From a virus (taxonomy: Duplodnaviria; Caudoviricetes), in the IMG/VR virus record IMGVR_UViG_3300032224_000681, positions 1 through 54,599 of that record: a DNA stretch of 54,599 nucleotides; one strand, 5' to 3'. The translations under genes were made by a program, and so were the position numbers. A model generated the notes under the pieces. It was not told where the DNA came from. It worked only from the letters and a program-made list of their open reading frames with translations, and did not search any database. Positions 1-10,083 of this stretch are shown one piece after another. Positions within the stretch are counted from its first letter, which is position 1. Each line of letters opens with the position of its first letter.

Positions 1-1
1 C

Positions 2-397
2 TGGGTAATTTTAGGTGCTCAACATAAGATTGTAGAAGTAGAAAGAAACGTGTTTACCTACGTTACCGAGCTATTTATAGGCACTGATTCTTTGGGTTCT
101 GCTGAAAGATTTGGCGGTTCTTTAGTATCGGCCCCTCCTTCAAAAAAGATAAGAACAATAAAACCTGGGGTTGCTCAAACTAGAGTTAAACCAAAAAGTA
201 AAATAGTTAAAAATAACATTAAAGCTAATAAAAGAAATGTTACAAGCTTTGGTAAGATAGGAAACCGAACAAAGCCGACATCAGGTGTAAAAGCGCCTTC
301 TGTATGGAAGACTACTTCTCCAGTAAAAAAGATAACCTTTACTGAAAAGAAACGTTCTGTGGCTGTTACTACAAGATTACAAAAGAGGGTTGGTTAA
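2..397 (+). CDS. C-terminal part of a tail/baseplate hub-type protein (5' truncated by window edge)
   Basis: Frame 2 is open from base 2 (WVILGAQHKIVEVERNVFTY...); lies directly before the spike/gp25/J genes; basic C-terminus. Confidence 0.55.
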   Translation, partial: WVILGAQHKIVEVERNVFTYVTELFIGTDSLGSAERFGGSLVSAPPSKKIRTIKPGVAQTRVKPKSKIVKNNIKANKRNVTSFGKIGNRTKPTSGVKAPSVWKTTSPVKKITFTEKKRSVAVTTRLQKRVG

Positions 398-921
398 TGG
401 ACGAACTAAAGTTCTATGGTATCTATCAAGGTATCTGCGCTGACGTTGATGACCCAGAAAAAGATAGCCGTATTAAGCTGCAGGTTCCTCAGGTTATGGG
501 TGAAGAGATTACTGAGTGGGCCCGCCCTTGCCTGCCAGTAACTTCTAATTCAAACCATCCTGACCACAAGAAGCATTTAGCTGCTGAGGTAGCTGCCCTT
601 TTACTTGGGCACGGAGACCACTCGGTATCTGTATCTGGAACAACTGGTTCTGGTGGAACCCCAAGTCATACACATTCTTTTAGTGCTACCCAGACTTTAT
701 CTCACACCAACAATCACACAGGTAACAGCCTAAGCCTTGACCATGAGCACGAAACTGCTGTTGATAAAGACAATAAATGGAATGATGACCAGGAGACAAA
801 CCAGACTCCTGAGCATACACCGCATAGACTTGTACCTAGAGTTGGTCAAAAGGTGTGGGTTATGTTTGTAGGCGGAGACCCTAATTATCCAGTATGGATG
901 GGAGTAGAATTAGATGGCTGA
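397..921 (+). CDS. Baseplate spike, gp5/Vgr OB-fold (gpV-like) protein with His-rich insert
   Basis: FYGIYQGIC..DDPEKDSRIKLQVPQV..TEWARP and VPRVGQKVWVMFVGGDPNYPVWMG are typical OB-fold halves; gene order. Confidence 0.85.
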   Translation: MDELKFYGIYQGICADVDDPEKDSRIKLQVPQVMGEEITEWARPCLPVTSNSNHPDHKKHLAAEVAALLLGHGDHSVSVSGTTGSGGTPSHTHSFSATQTLSHTNNHTGNSLSLDHEHETAVDKDNKWNDDQETNQTPEHTPHRLVPRVGQKVWVMFVGGDPNYPVWMGVELDG

Positions 922-1324
922 AGAACGCGCTATATCCCTACCCTTCTCATTTAACAGTGCTGGAGAAATTGGGTATACAACTGATTTAAAAAAGATTATT
1001 CAAGACAGAGTAGTTTTAGCTGTAATGACTAAACTTCAAGAAAGAGTTATGCGACCAAACTTCGGTAGCGATGTCTACGACTCATTGTTTGAAACTCAAT
1101 CAACAGCTGAAGGCATTGTTAGACAAGCTATTACTGGATGCTTTTCTACTTGGTTTCCGTATTTAAATTTAAGAACTATCCAGGCAACCCTTATAGATGA
1201 GGTATTAGAGTTTGATATTTACTACTCTAAAGGTAAGGGTAATGAGATTGAATCAGTAAACGTAAAGACAAGCTTGCTCACAAGAGCTGGTGAAGTTATT
1301 AAGGAGATATCAAATGGCAAGTAA
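914..1324 (+). CDS. Baseplate wedge protein, gp25/GPW family
   Basis: AISLPFSF...ERVMRPNFGS motif; position between spike and J. Confidence 0.88.
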   Translation: MAEERAISLPFSFNSAGEIGYTTDLKKIIQDRVVLAVMTKLQERVMRPNFGSDVYDSLFETQSTAEGIVRQAITGCFSTWFPYLNLRTIQATLIDEVLEFDIYYSKGKGNEIESVNVKTSLLTRAGEVIKEISNGK

Positions 1325-3029
1325 TTATGTCCCACAGGTGGATTACACATCTAGAGACTACGAAGCTATTAGAAATGATTTGATAGCTCTTATTCCAAAC
1401 TTTGCACCTAAGTGGACTAACCGCGACCCTGCAGATTTTGGTATGACAATGATTGAGCTATTCTCTTATATCGGAGATGAGCTTAACTTCTACATTGACC
1501 GCGCTCTTAATGAGTCATTCCTATCAACTGCTAGCCAAAGAAATAGCGTTCTTCAAATTGCAAAGATTTTAGGTTATGTACCTACAGGAGCTACAGCTGC
1601 AACGGTACTTCTTACTTTTCAAAACTCTACAAATTCTGCAATTACAGTACCAGCAAAAACCCAAGTTGCTACTAGCACAATGAACAATGGTCAAAGAACT
1701 CAAATTGTATTTGAAACAGATACTGAAGTAGTAGTGCCCGCAAAAGCAAATTCAATTAACGGTTCGGCAACTGTATATGCTACACAGGGTGAAACAATTC
1801 TTTCTGATTCAATTGGTACATCTGACGGAAGTGCTAATCAACAGTTTGAACTAGGTGAGAGCCCAGTAATTAATGGGAGTGTTTCTATTACTATTTCTGG
1901 AGTTAACTACTCTCAAGTCCCTTACCTCATTGACCATCAGGAATATGACCCTGTTTTTATTGCAGAAACTGATGCTGATAACGTCACATATGTAACATTT
2001 GGAGACGGTATTAGTGGTCGCATTCCTCCTAATGGTGCTGAAATTTTTGCATCCTATAGAGTTGGTGGGGGTGTAGCTGGAAACGTATCAGCTAACACTA
2101 TTAAATATATTATTAGTAATCAGGTAACTGGTCTAACTGTTATAAATCAAAATGTAGGTCAGACATCGGGGGCGGCATCTGGAGGTGCTGACCCAGAATC
2201 TACAGACTCTATTAGAATAAACGCGCCTCAAAGTATCCGTGCTCTGGGTCGTGCGGTGTCTTTATCAGACTACTCTTCTCTAGCCATTCAAGTTCCTGGG
2301 GTTGCCAAAGCAATTTCTATTGCAGAAGTTTATAGCAGCATCACTCTTTATATTGCCCCTTATGGTGACTCGGGTCTTCAATCTGATGGGTTGACATCTT
2401 CTACCGTGTTTAACAACTTGGTGGAAAAAGTCTATGCATTTTTTGCAGATAAAACTCCACCAGGAACAACTCTTACATTCCAACCACCTAAATATGTTCC
2501 AGCTAAATTAAAAGTTGATTCTGTTATCCTCCCTCAATATACAAAGGCTAAAGTTACTGCGGATATTCAAGCAGCTATTGCAGAGCTTTTTGCTTTTGAT
2601 AACGTTGCATTTAATGACCGCATTACTCTTCAAGATGTTCTTGGAACCATTAATGCGGTCCCAGGTGTATCAAGAGCCAATGTGTATAAGTTAGTGCGTT
2701 CTGATGAAGAGCAGACATTTTCTATTAGCAATAAGGTTCTTACAAGCAATGTTGCAACCCTTACAACCTCTGCAACTCACAACCTATCTGTAGGACAAAC
2801 CGTATTGATAAGCAACGTTGATACCACATTTAACGGTACTTACGTTGTAACAGCTACACCTGCTTCAAATACTTTTAGCTATGGATGTATTGCAACTAAC
2901 GTAAACACTACAGCAGTTACAGGTCTTGCAGCAGTAACTGCCCTTACAGTTCGTGACATTATCTGTACTACTAATGAGCTTCCACAACTAGGAGCACTAG
3001 AGCTAACTACAACAGGAGGCATCGAATAA
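1314..3029 (+). CDS. Baseplate J-like wedge protein
   Basis: VDYTSRDYEAIR, FGDGISGRIP, GGADPES..IRINAP, RAVSLSDY motifs; start moved to ATG 1314 after GGAGA RBS. Confidence 0.9.
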   Translation: MASNYVPQVDYTSRDYEAIRNDLIALIPNFAPKWTNRDPADFGMTMIELFSYIGDELNFYIDRALNESFLSTASQRNSVLQIAKILGYVPTGATAATVLLTFQNSTNSAITVPAKTQVATSTMNNGQRTQIVFETDTEVVVPAKANSINGSATVYATQGETILSDSIGTSDGSANQQFELGESPVINGSVSITISGVNYSQVPYLIDHQEYDPVFIAETDADNVTYVTFGDGISGRIPPNGAEIFASYRVGGGVAGNVSANTIKYIISNQVTGLTVINQNVGQTSGAASGGADPESTDSIRINAPQSIRALGRAVSLSDYSSLAIQVPGVAKAISIAEVYSSITLYIAPYGDSGLQSDGLTSSTVFNNLVEKVYAFFADKTPPGTTLTFQPPKYVPAKLKVDSVILPQYTKAKVTADIQAAIAELFAFDNVAFNDRITLQDVLGTINAVPGVSRANVYKLVRSDEEQTFSISNKVLTSNVATLTTSATHNLSVGQTVLISNVDTTFNGTYVVTATPASNTFSYGCIATNVNTTAVTGLAAVTALTVRDIICTTNELPQLGALELTTTGGIE

Positions 3030-3030
3030 G

Positions 3031-5574
3031 ATGTCACGTTACGGTCTTGATTACTATAGCTCCTCAAGTTTTCCTTTAAGTTACTACGGTAGCGATAACG
3101 CATTATCGTTTGATGCTGCACCCGTAACAGCTATTTCTTCAGGCTACCTACAAATTACAGTTAAGTGGGCATCACCCCTTGGCAATTGGGATACCTTAAA
3201 AGTTATGAGAAGCCCATATGGTTACCCAGTAAATATTACTGATGGTATAAACGTAACCACAACAACTAAATCACAAAATAATCTTTTTTATATTGATAAT
3301 ATTGGTTTAAACAAAGCTAAGTTTTATTACTATTCTTTATTTGTACACGAAACCACACAAGATTCATGGGTGTTGGCTGGAAAAGTAATTGGGTTTGCAG
3401 TTCCAAATTATGGAACTGGTGACCGCCTGTACGATTTAATGCCCAACATTACTAAAATAACTACACCTTATGTAGCTTCACAACCTGAAGATAATGATGA
3501 CCTTAGGTCTTTCTTATCTTTGTTTGGTTATCAGTTTGACTATGTTAAGGGACTAACTAACACCATCTATCAACGCTACAACTTTGAACAGATGTCAGAT
3601 ACTGTAATCCCTTTGATACTAGAGCAGTTTGGTATTAAATACGAACCTGAAATTGGGTTTCAAAATTCACGTGTAATAGCTCGTGATTCTGTACAGCTAT
3701 CAAAAGAAAAAGGTTCTTCACAAGGTATTAGAGAATATATAAAAGCTTTTACTGGTTGGGCATGCCCTTCTCCAATTGAAGGTGCAATTAACCCAGTCGT
3801 AGAAGGTATTCAAACTGGTCATAATCTTATGCTTGATTACAACGACTCTTCATTTGAAGAGAGTATTGGACGTTGGGCATCTCGAGATGGAAGCGGTAGT
3901 TTAAAGCAGATAGCGGTTGACACTGTTACTTCTTATTATGTAAACGCCAATACCCTTCACTTAAACATTGGTACTAATGGGTATCGTGTTGGTGATTACA
4001 TAACTTTAAGTGGCTTTAAAATCCCTAAATTTAATTCTATTACTCCTATAGCAATTACTGGAAGTGATTCAACTGGTATTGATATATCCATGGTTGCTCC
4101 AAATATTGCTGTGGTATCTGGATATAACGCAGATACACAAGCTTATCCAATAGTAACCCCATATCCTGCACCACGTGCTGAATCTACAGCACCAGCTTTA
4201 TACCCTAATAAACAAAAGGGTTACCTTTCAGTTTCTAATGCTGGGTCTAGTGCAGCGGTAGTAACTATTACTTGCGGTTCAACTAATCCTATTGTTTACG
4301 GAATTCCAGTTATTTCTGGAGACCCGTATACCTTTAGTGCTTACTCTGCAGCTAGCGTAACTTCTAGAACATTTACTACAGGCATTAGCTGGTATGACCG
4401 TCTAGGTAACTTTATGGCTACAAGCACAGGAACCTCTGTCTCTAACGTAGCTGGTTCTTTTTCTGCTAGAGCAACAGTTTCTACAACGGCTCCATGTAAC
4501 ATCACATTTAACTCTTTTAATACCACAACTGGAACAGGGTATGCGGATGGTTCATACGCAAATATCCCTCTTACATACGTGTCTGGAAAACAACCCTCTA
4601 TTCTTCCTAGAGTTAACGTAACCATCTACCAAGGGGCTGTGCTATCTGTTTCTGTAATCAATGGTGGAAAGGGTGCGGACACAACAACCGTTTTCACTAT
4701 AAATAAAACAGACATTGGCAGCGCTACTGGTTCTGGGTTCCTTGTTACAACTAAACTTGTACAAGAGTCCTATTACGCTGTACCTGTTATTACAGTATCT
4801 AACGTAGCTAACGCAGCCTCTAATGAGCGTCACTACTTTGATAATTGCCAATTTGAACAGGCTAACTCTGTTACTGATTTTGATGAAGCTCGTCAATCCC
4901 ACATTACTCTTAAAGCTAACCGTATTAATGAGCTTATCAATCCTAATTTCTACAATGTAAGCAGCTATGCCCCTTGGTCAGTGACTAACGGTTCTCTTTC
5001 ACGACCAGCTGATACAACAATAATGACCTCAACTGCATCAGGTAACGTAACTCTTAAATCGTTTTCTAATAGTAATCAGTATATGAAAATCTTTTATCCA
5101 AACTCTGCTTACACATTTAGTTTGTATGCTAAAGGTGGGTTTGCCAGCTACGGCACAGTTAACATCCTTTGGTATAACTCATCAAAGACTTTATTATCTA
5201 CTACAACAGCTAATGCAGAAAACATTATTACTACTGATTGGACTCGCTATAGCGTATCTGGGTTAGCCCCAGCTACTGCTGCTTATGCAACTGTCAGCTT
5301 TACATGGTTCTGTAGCGCCTCTGGTAGAACCATGCAGGTAAAAGAAGCTTTGTTTGAGAACTCTGGACTATTGCTAGATTACTTTGACGGCACTAATGGT
5401 CGCATCATTCCAAGCACGGACCTGTTCTGGGAGGGTGGACAACCTAACCAGGGACGTAGCCATTACTACAAGAACCGCACAGCCATCCAAGTACGTATTA
5501 CCAAGGGCGCTTTGGATGAGTGGATTACTAGCGGTTCTACCTACGCGATATACCTAGCACAGCCTAATACGTAG
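3031..5574 (+). CDS. Baseplate wedge/tail protein (P2 gpI-like region plus probable carbohydrate-binding beta domains)
   Basis: LYDLMP..DDLRSFLSLFG..KGSSQGIREYI region; S/T-rich beta segments; follows baseplate J. Confidence 0.7.
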   Translation: MSRYGLDYYSSSSFPLSYYGSDNALSFDAAPVTAISSGYLQITVKWASPLGNWDTLKVMRSPYGYPVNITDGINVTTTTKSQNNLFYIDNIGLNKAKFYYYSLFVHETTQDSWVLAGKVIGFAVPNYGTGDRLYDLMPNITKITTPYVASQPEDNDDLRSFLSLFGYQFDYVKGLTNTIYQRYNFEQMSDTVIPLILEQFGIKYEPEIGFQNSRVIARDSVQLSKEKGSSQGIREYIKAFTGWACPSPIEGAINPVVEGIQTGHNLMLDYNDSSFEESIGRWASRDGSGSLKQIAVDTVTSYYVNANTLHLNIGTNGYRVGDYITLSGFKIPKFNSITPIAITGSDSTGIDISMVAPNIAVVSGYNADTQAYPIVTPYPAPRAESTAPALYPNKQKGYLSVSNAGSSAAVVTITCGSTNPIVYGIPVISGDPYTFSAYSAASVTSRTFTTGISWYDRLGNFMATSTGTSVSNVAGSFSARATVSTTAPCNITFNSFNTTTGTGYADGSYANIPLTYVSGKQPSILPRVNVTIYQGAVLSVSVINGGKGADTTTVFTINKTDIGSATGSGFLVTTKLVQESYYAVPVITVSNVANAASNERHYFDNCQFEQANSVTDFDEARQSHITLKANRINELINPNFYNVSSYAPWSVTNGSLSRPADTTIMTSTASGNVTLKSFSNSNQYMKIFYPNSAYTFSLYAKGGFASYGTVNILWYNSSKTLLSTTTANAENIITTDWTRYSVSGLAPATAAYATVSFTWFCSASGRTMQVKEALFENSGLLLDYFDGTNGRIIPSTDLFWEGGQPNQGRSHYYKNRTAIQVRITKGALDEWITSGSTYAIYLAQPNT

Positions 5575-5586
5575 TAGGATAGGCTC

Positions 5587-5868
5587 ATGCTTGAGCTACT
5601 TCTTATCGGATGCTTCACAGGATTCTTCCTAGCTGGAGTACGCCCGCTACTGGATGTCCTTAGTATCTTCATAGGTATTCAAATATTAAATGCAGTGTTC
5701 TCTATTTTGTTTTCTGCTGTAGCTGTGTATTTAGTTGAAGTTTCAACTATTAAAAGCTACATCCTCTACACCATAGCTGGGGCTTTTCTAGGGGCGGCTT
5801 TACTAGCCCTTGTAGAAAGGGTTAACACCTATAGGCCAGCAGTCATTAATAGCGCCCGCCAAGATTAG
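5587..5868 (+). CDS. Small membrane protein with about 3 TM helices (holin-like by position)
   Basis: Hydrophobic stretches, charged C-terminus; leaderless-type promoter TAGGAT-N6-ATG. Confidence 0.55.
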   Translation: MLELLLIGCFTGFFLAGVRPLLDVLSIFIGIQILNAVFSILFSAVAVYLVEVSTIKSYILYTIAGAFLGAALLALVERVNTYRPAVINSARQD

Positions 5869-5900
5869 GTGTAGTATGTGGGCGACCTAAGGAGGTCCAC

Positions 5901-6578
5901 ATGGATAAGTACTATGTACTGGTAGCAGGTAATGGAGCTACAAGTCGTGCAAATGTTGAAGCGTTAATGGAAGACCACTTCTATGCCAATGGCGCAGATG
6001 GTTTTGTTGTTATGCCAATCTTTGGTAACCCAACACCTTCACAAGTATTTGTAGCGCAATACGCAAAAGAAAAGAACAAGGAAGTTGTTTACGTAGCATC
6101 TGAGGGCGCTAACCTAACTAACCTTCCAGCAGCATCAATGATTAATGATGCTGACCCAATTAACAAAGCGGTTGAAATTGTTATTGGAGAGAAGGCTTCT
6201 GGCTTTCTTCTATGGTCTGATGAAGACAATACATCCCTTGACATTCTAGTTGCTTGCAAGAAAGCTGATATCAAATGCTTTGACCTTACTGACGGCCTGG
6301 TCCCTATTAATCCATCTGCTGATATTAAAAAGGCAGAAGAGGTTAAGTTTCCTGAAAAAGAAGTTGTTACAAAAGTTGAGGAGGATGAGGACGATGGCGC
6401 GGAGGAAGAAGAAAGCGGTGAAGATGAAGAGGACGACGACGAAGAGTACGAAGACGACGAAGAAGAAGCCGAAAGTCTTGAAAATCTCTATACGGGAGTC
6501 GAAGAAATAGCCCGCATCTTTGCCCGTGCTTTCAAAGAGGAGTTTAGCCGTAATGACACAGAGACCCCTAAGCCCTAA
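5901..6578 (+). CDS. Hypothetical protein with very acidic C-terminal tract
   Basis: AAGGAGG RBS; long D/E run. Confidence 0.7.
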   Translation: MDKYYVLVAGNGATSRANVEALMEDHFYANGADGFVVMPIFGNPTPSQVFVAQYAKEKNKEVVYVASEGANLTNLPAASMINDADPINKAVEIVIGEKASGFLLWSDEDNTSLDILVACKKADIKCFDLTDGLVPINPSADIKKAEEVKFPEKEVVTKVEEDEDDGAEEEESGEDEEDDDEEYEDDEEEAESLENLYTGVEEIARIFARAFKEEFSRNDTETPKP

Positions 6579-7458
6579 GGCTTTGGGTCTCCTCGTCCAG
6601 ATTTACTTAGAGGGGGCCCCAGGAGGCGCTGAGGGCCTCGCTAAGACCTTTTCAGTAGGCGTCAAGTATGTTCTGTCAGGACTGAAGGAACTACGCTCTA
6701 TGGGCCTTGTAGACACAATTAAAGGCAAGGGGTCTAACGGGCAGTTCTGGGCTGAGCTAAACGTTACTGAGGAAGGAGTGCGGTACTGTGAAAACATGGT
6801 CAACCGCATGCCAAAAAGGAGTGCGGAACCGCATGCCATTTTAGGCTCATCCATTTCACAGAATAGCTACCTAGCAGATACTCCGTATAGTAAAGGAGCT
6901 AATTCAGTAAAAAGAAGAACGAACGGAGTTCGTTCCAAAAAGAAATACAAAACCATGGAGGTTAACGTGAACGATTTTGGCGGGACACCAATGGACCCTG
7001 ACGATATCGCGGAACTACAGGCTAAGGATAAAAAACGTAAGAGGGAAGAACGCCTTAGTCGCAAGACACAGAAGGTTGAAGAACGGGCTAAGTCCCGCGC
7101 TTCTAAGACTGTTCAAGAATGGACTGCCCAAGATAGCGTTAGTTATTTTGCGGAACAGGTTACTCACTTCTGGCAGATACCTGACCATCATGTTGATATA
7201 CAAAAATTCTTTTTTGCACTTAGTAACTTTCAGGCTAAGTACAACACCGATGGTCCTCTTGAAAAAATTATGATTGACAACTACCTTTCCTCCATCAAGC
7301 AGGACACGGCAGTGCAAAGCGCTGACCACCTATGGCGTAGGTTCATGACCATGGCTCCATCTCTTGTTGAAGATGCGAGACGTGATAGTGTCACTCCTGA
7401 ACAGCTTGAAGAGATTCGTAATAACGCTTTGCAATCTAAGACCAGAAGGGATTTGTAA
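6553..7458 (+). CDS. Putative replication initiator (N-terminal winged HTH)
   Basis: LSPKALGLL..LAKTFSVG..VLSGLKELRSMGLV HTH pattern; directly upstream of a DnaC-like ATPase; start reassigned to ATG 6553. Confidence 0.6.
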   Translation: MTQRPLSPKALGLLVQIYLEGAPGGAEGLAKTFSVGVKYVLSGLKELRSMGLVDTIKGKGSNGQFWAELNVTEEGVRYCENMVNRMPKRSAEPHAILGSSISQNSYLADTPYSKGANSVKRRTNGVRSKKKYKTMEVNVNDFGGTPMDPDDIAELQAKDKKRKREERLSRKTQKVEERAKSRASKTVQEWTAQDSVSYFAEQVTHFWQIPDHHVDIQKFFFALSNFQAKYNTDGPLEKIMIDNYLSSIKQDTAVQSADHLWRRFMTMAPSLVEDARRDSVTPEQLEEIRNNALQSKTRRDL

Positions 7459-8144
7459 TGTATTTGCTAGAAACCCAGAAGGTTCGCCGTCGTACTTGGA
7501 TACAGGCATCTTCAATTCCTAAAGCTCGTATCGGTTGGACTATGCAAGACTGCGTAGATTTTAATCCTGCTGATATTGTTGACATTAAAAAGTGGATGAC
7601 TCGTTTACAAAAGGGTGAGGTCATCCGTGCCTCTGGTAATCCATATTGCGGTCGTGGGTTGTTATTGGCTGGTAAGCCTGGTCGTGGAAAGTCCACAGTA
7701 GCCGCAGCAGTTATTCAAACTCTTATGCTTACCACAGACCCAAAAGCTTTTGATATTAAAGACCATGAGGTTTTGGTACGCCCTTGCTACTTTATGACCT
7801 TTAACGACATTATTGCTTTGCAAGGTCGCATGATGGATAGCCCGACAGACTGGGAGGAAGTCCTCTACTATGGTGTCTTAGGCGAAGCGCATGACCCCTA
7901 TAACATCAGGGTCCTAGTGATTGATGATGTGGGGCGAGAGCATTCAAGCTTAAGTGGTTGGCAGAAAAACGTTCTGCATCATGTACTCCGTACACGGTTC
8001 AATCGCGGTCTTCCTACCATAGTTACTACTAACATTATGCTAGAAGACTGGGCAGGATTATATGGAGATGCAACCGCTAGCTTTGCTAAAGAAGCTTTCG
8101 TTTACTTCCCTATGGACAAGAGCCAAGGAGACCTACGAGGATGA
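7458..8144 (+). CDS. DnaC/IstB-like helicase loader ATPase
   Basis: Walker A GKPGRGKS, Walker B LVIDDVGRE, RFNRGLPTIVTTN. Confidence 0.85.
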   Translation: MYLLETQKVRRRTWIQASSIPKARIGWTMQDCVDFNPADIVDIKKWMTRLQKGEVIRASGNPYCGRGLLLAGKPGRGKSTVAAAVIQTLMLTTDPKAFDIKDHEVLVRPCYFMTFNDIIALQGRMMDSPTDWEEVLYYGVLGEAHDPYNIRVLVIDDVGREHSSLSGWQKNVLHHVLRTRFNRGLPTIVTTNIMLEDWAGLYGDATASFAKEAFVYFPMDKSQGDLRG

Positions 8145-8452
8145 GCAACGTCGTGTCAGATAATAAACTTGTACAAGTTTTTCTTAGCCAGACACAGACC
8201 CCTGGTCCAGGCATCTATGAAGTATCTGTAGATGAAGACAATAAGTTCTACTGCACATGCCAGGGTTACCAAGGTCGTAACACATGCAAGCATGTTAAGT
8301 TTGTACAAGCCCGTGTAAAATCAAATGGGGGCAACAATTATCCGCTAGAGTTCTCTAGCCGTGCTACCAAAGACGACGTTATTAAGGCTAAGCAATCTAA
8401 AGAAGATTTCCGTGACTTCGTAATTCGCTTCGGTAAGATAGAAGTTTTTTAA
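8141..8452 (+). CDS. SWIM zinc-finger protein
   Basis: YCTCQGYQGRNTCKHV fits CxC-xn-CxH. Confidence 0.8.
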   Translation: MSNVVSDNKLVQVFLSQTQTPGPGIYEVSVDEDNKFYCTCQGYQGRNTCKHVKFVQARVKSNGGNNYPLEFSSRATKDDVIKAKQSKEDFRDFVIRFGKIEVF

Positions 8453-8860
8453 ATGAAGCACGGGGATATCAGTAACGAGCTCCCCAAAAGGATGTTAGTT
8501 ACAACAGATGTAATAATGGATGTAGAAATTTCTGTAAAGAAAAAACTACTTATCATTCCTACAATAAAAGTTAATAAAAAGTTTAGACGCGATGTCTTAA
8601 GCTACCTATACATCTATACATCACGTATGGGTGTTACGCTTGAACTCGTATCATATGAACTAGACGAAGAAAATTTATCTGAGGCTATGGACTCACTTGA
8701 CAAGGTGGGCACTAATCCCTTTAGATACTTTACGGCATACGAATCGGTTAATCATTTGGTCAACGAACTTCCCTACAGACCTGAAGTTCTTGGCGTTGTT
8801 GATGTAGACTCGCGCCTCTTACAGTACGGTCGATGGGGAAGGACATTTAAGGAACTATGA
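8453..8860 (+). CDS. Hypothetical protein
   Basis: Tightly coupled ORF between the SWIM gene and the helicase. Confidence 0.7.
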   Translation: MKHGDISNELPKRMLVTTDVIMDVEISVKKKLLIIPTIKVNKKFRRDVLSYLYIYTSRMGVTLELVSYELDEENLSEAMDSLDKVGTNPFRYFTAYESVNHLVNELPYRPEVLGVVDVDSRLLQYGRWGRTFKEL

Positions 8861-10083
8861 ACAATGAAGCAAAGCTACTAAGCAAGGTACTTGCTGACCG
8901 AGACCTATCCCCGCTATTTAATAGAGGCGTAAGCGATAGCTGGTTTGTTGACTCAGAGATAAAGCGTGTATGGATTTTTACACGTCAGCATTTTTTTAAC
9001 TACGCAGAGTGCCCAAGCCTTGACGTTATCGCAGGCAATTTTCCTTCCTATAATTTACTAGAAGTAAACGACAGCGTTGATTATTTAATTGATACGGTAA
9101 TCTCAGACAGACGTAAAGCCGCAACTATCAATATGATGGATGAAACCATCAACATTTTAGAAAAAGAAAAAGACCACGAAAAAGCACTGTTTGTTATTCA
9201 AGGTAACCTAGCTAAGCTAGAAGAAGACGGGCTTAGTAAGACCAGTGACTTAGACCTTACTGACAATCCATTAGAGCGTTTCAATGAGTATGAGTTTAGA
9301 AAGAACAACCCAGGAATGCTTGGTGTTCCTACTGGCTTCCCAACTATGGACCAGGCAACTAACGGATTACAAGATGGTCAGTTAATTGTTATTGTTGCTC
9401 CACCTAAGACTGGTAAATCAACTCTTGCTTTGCAGGTTGCACAGAATATCCATATGCAGGATAAGTGCGTTATGTTCCAATCTTTTGAAATGAGTAACCA
9501 CGAACAACAGACACGTTACGACGCTATGCGAGCGCGTATCTCCCATACACGTTTATTAACTGGTGACCTATCTGGAGAAGAAGAAGCACGATACAAGCAG
9601 AAGCTTCAGTCATTAGAAAACATGCGTAAGAAGTTTTGGTTAGTTGACTCCGCTAACGGCTCTACTGTTTCTGGCATTGCTAATAAGATTCAGGTTTTAC
9701 ATCCAGACATTGTATTTATTGATGGTACCTATTTGATGATTGATGAACAGACAGGTGAGCAGAACACTCCACAAGCTATCACTAACATCACGCGTTCATT
9801 GAAGCGTATGGCTCAGCGATACAAGGTTCCAGTAGTTATCTCTACACAGGTACTTAATTGGAAAATGAAAAAGGGGCAGGTAACTTCTGACTCTATTGGT
9901 TACTCATCTTCATTCCATCAGGATGCTGACGTAATCTTTGGTCTACAACGTGAGGATGAGCATGTAGACGACACTCGTGTTCTAAAGATTCTTGATAGCC
10001 GTAACTCTGGTCGCGTAGATGTATCACTTCTATGGGACTGGGGCACAGGTACCTTCCGCGAAATTGATGCAAGTGATATCTAA
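8857..10083 (+). CDS. dnaB: Replicative DnaB-like helicase
   Basis: GVPTGFPTMD, APPKTGKS, FEMS, IVFIDG, STQV, QDADVIFGL motifs. Confidence 0.93.
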   Translation: MNNEAKLLSKVLADRDLSPLFNRGVSDSWFVDSEIKRVWIFTRQHFFNYAECPSLDVIAGNFPSYNLLEVNDSVDYLIDTVISDRRKAATINMMDETINILEKEKDHEKALFVIQGNLAKLEEDGLSKTSDLDLTDNPLERFNEYEFRKNNPGMLGVPTGFPTMDQATNGLQDGQLIVIVAPPKTGKSTLALQVAQNIHMQDKCVMFQSFEMSNHEQQTRYDAMRARISHTRLLTGDLSGEEEARYKQKLQSLENMRKKFWLVDSANGSTVSGIANKIQVLHPDIVFIDGTYLMIDEQTGEQNTPQAITNITRSLKRMAQRYKVPVVISTQVLNWKMKKGQVTSDSIGYSSSFHQDADVIFGLQREDEHVDDTRVLKILDSRNSGRVDVSLLWDWGTGTFREIDASDI

